This document shows positions 62,838 to 64,000 of a stretch of 64,000 bases of DNA, one piece after another. Position numbers and translations under genes: made by a program. The DNA is taken from NCBI GenBank assembly GCA_030295235.1, contig AP026126.1:434001-498000 (forward strand), written 5' to 3'. Origin of the DNA: Fistulifera solaris (Eukaryota). Numbering within the stretch: the stretch's first letter is position 1; each line of letters starts with the position of its first letter. The notes under the pieces were generated by a model. That model saw only the letters and a list, made by a program, of their open reading frames with translations, ran no database searches and had not been told where the DNA came from.

Positions 62838-63655
62838 ATGTTTTCTGTTGCTTTTAATCATAAAACGGTGATTACTGCCGCCAGGATTTGTTCTCGCAAC
62901 ATGTCGACCAAGCAGCCCCTACGAGCGTATCCGATGTACACTGTGTACGGCGCTGATTGTTACTTTAACCTCAAAGTAATTTTACCCAAATTTCGGACAC
63001 GCAATAATGTGCTTTCTACGGATGGCTTTCCACAATATGGCAGTCTTCTTTTGGAATGGGTCCCTCGCGGAAGCGACGGTAAGTTCAGCGGTCTGTCGGC
63101 CCGGCCCGGTGGCGCTTCTCGGATGTATAAATGCTTCGGTCAGTTCTCACTTAAATTTTTCCACTGCATACATGTACAGGAAAAGGAACTCCAGACCGAA
63201 GTCTACGTTTTGCTCTTTCTCCTCAAGAGGCTGGGTTGCTGATCGATCAGGCACGGAATGAAACGGTCGAGTTTTCGAGGACCGGCTTTCCGCCGAATGT
63301 CGTCGACAAAGTCTTTCGGGTCAGTCCACACGAAGCTGGAGCGGTCGAATTTCAAATCGATTATGAAACAGAAGGCCGCGGTGGTCAGAGTCCCACGGAT
63401 CGTCCCGACTTGGAAGGTATAGCTCCGCTCGGAATAGTGTTTCAGCGTGGCGAGTACGTTGTTCTCCGCGAGCTAATGAGGAATTCTATTCCCACTATAG
63501 CCAACTGGGACTTTATGATTAAAATGCAAGTTGAATCTGCCATTACAGAAGCTTCCAAAAGTCATTTTCAGACGATAGCTCGCCGTATGAAGTGCCTTTT
63601 TAACTGGGCGACACAAATGACGAATTGCTTCAATGTTTTGTTTTCCTTGCAGTGA
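62838..63655 (+). CDS. Whirly-like ssDNA-binding protein, probably mitochondrial; intron 63079-63179; C-terminus uncertain
   Basis: Spliced: 'Y.VY....F.LK...P.F..GSLLLEWVP..RFALSPQEAGLLI..KVFRVSP..GEYVVL......IP.IANW' parallels the Whirly fold pattern. Confidence 0.65.
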
Positions 63656-64000
63656 TCCTTCTCAATACATTCAAACATGTTACTACCATCTGTTTGTTGC
63701 GTGAATTGTAAGGTCTAACAGAATCCATCTAAAAAACTAATAGTAGCTCTCCTTAGTCCATTCTTACTTCTCGTTGGCTTTTTCATGACAACACTCCTCT
63801 GAAGTAAAGCATCTAAAACCGATGCGATACATATCAAAGATACTGAAATAGGAGAGACGACAAAGATTCAAGATTCAACACCGGGATTCACGGTCATCAC
63901 ATTCGGACGAAAGCTCGCGTGCCTCTCTTCGTCTCTTCGTTGCCACAATGCCATCCATCATCATTGCAACGCACGAACTTTTCACAAAAAGCGTTCGCTT

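Noticed and set aside
1..63655. Frameshifts in about 14 host genes as pseudogenes or programmed recoding
   Set aside because: They hit conserved housekeeping genes (TOP3B, SMARCAD1, BDP1, OXA1), often at homopolymer runs (about 1360, 33990, 39840, 46812), with otherwise intact sequence. This is typical of long-read indel error.

Overview
Gene-dense eukaryotic nuclear DNA, most likely from a diatom. The evidence is short GT-AG introns (60-140 nt), bipartite signal+F/W plastid presequences, a CoDi-like Copia element, and PPR and HA-repeat proteins. The window holds about 26 host genes: DENND4-like, FAM173-like methyltransferase, F-box, AA15-like LPMO, XRN1, TOP3B, Ycf29-type response regulator, OXA1, SMARCAD1, HA-repeat, RPN5, PPR, GRIP golgin, BDP1, MgtE, PDCD2/TSR4, a GNAT-LysM-HMG protein, EngB, PFD6, NOC2, HDAC, GPALPP1-like, an unknown, an ADP-ribosylhydrolase, GpsA, YidD and Whirly-like. 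It also holds one full-length 6,627-bp Ty1/copia retrotransposon (4611-11237, minus strand). Many genes carry single-base frameshifts, often at homopolymers, which look like unpolished long-read errors rather than biology. Most striking observations: (1) a ~55-bp hairpin+CTATAGTA intergenic element present about 12 times, never seen in coding DNA, usually in direct pairs 211-230 bp apart, with its core also inside the retrotransposon LTR; (2) the Copia element has identical LTRs with non-TG..CA termini, a half-tRNA(iMet) primer site and a putative HIV-like -1 frameshift signal; (3) a probable nuclear GNAT acetyltransferase with two inserted LysM domains, an HMG box and an AT-hook. All calls are by eye, with no database search.
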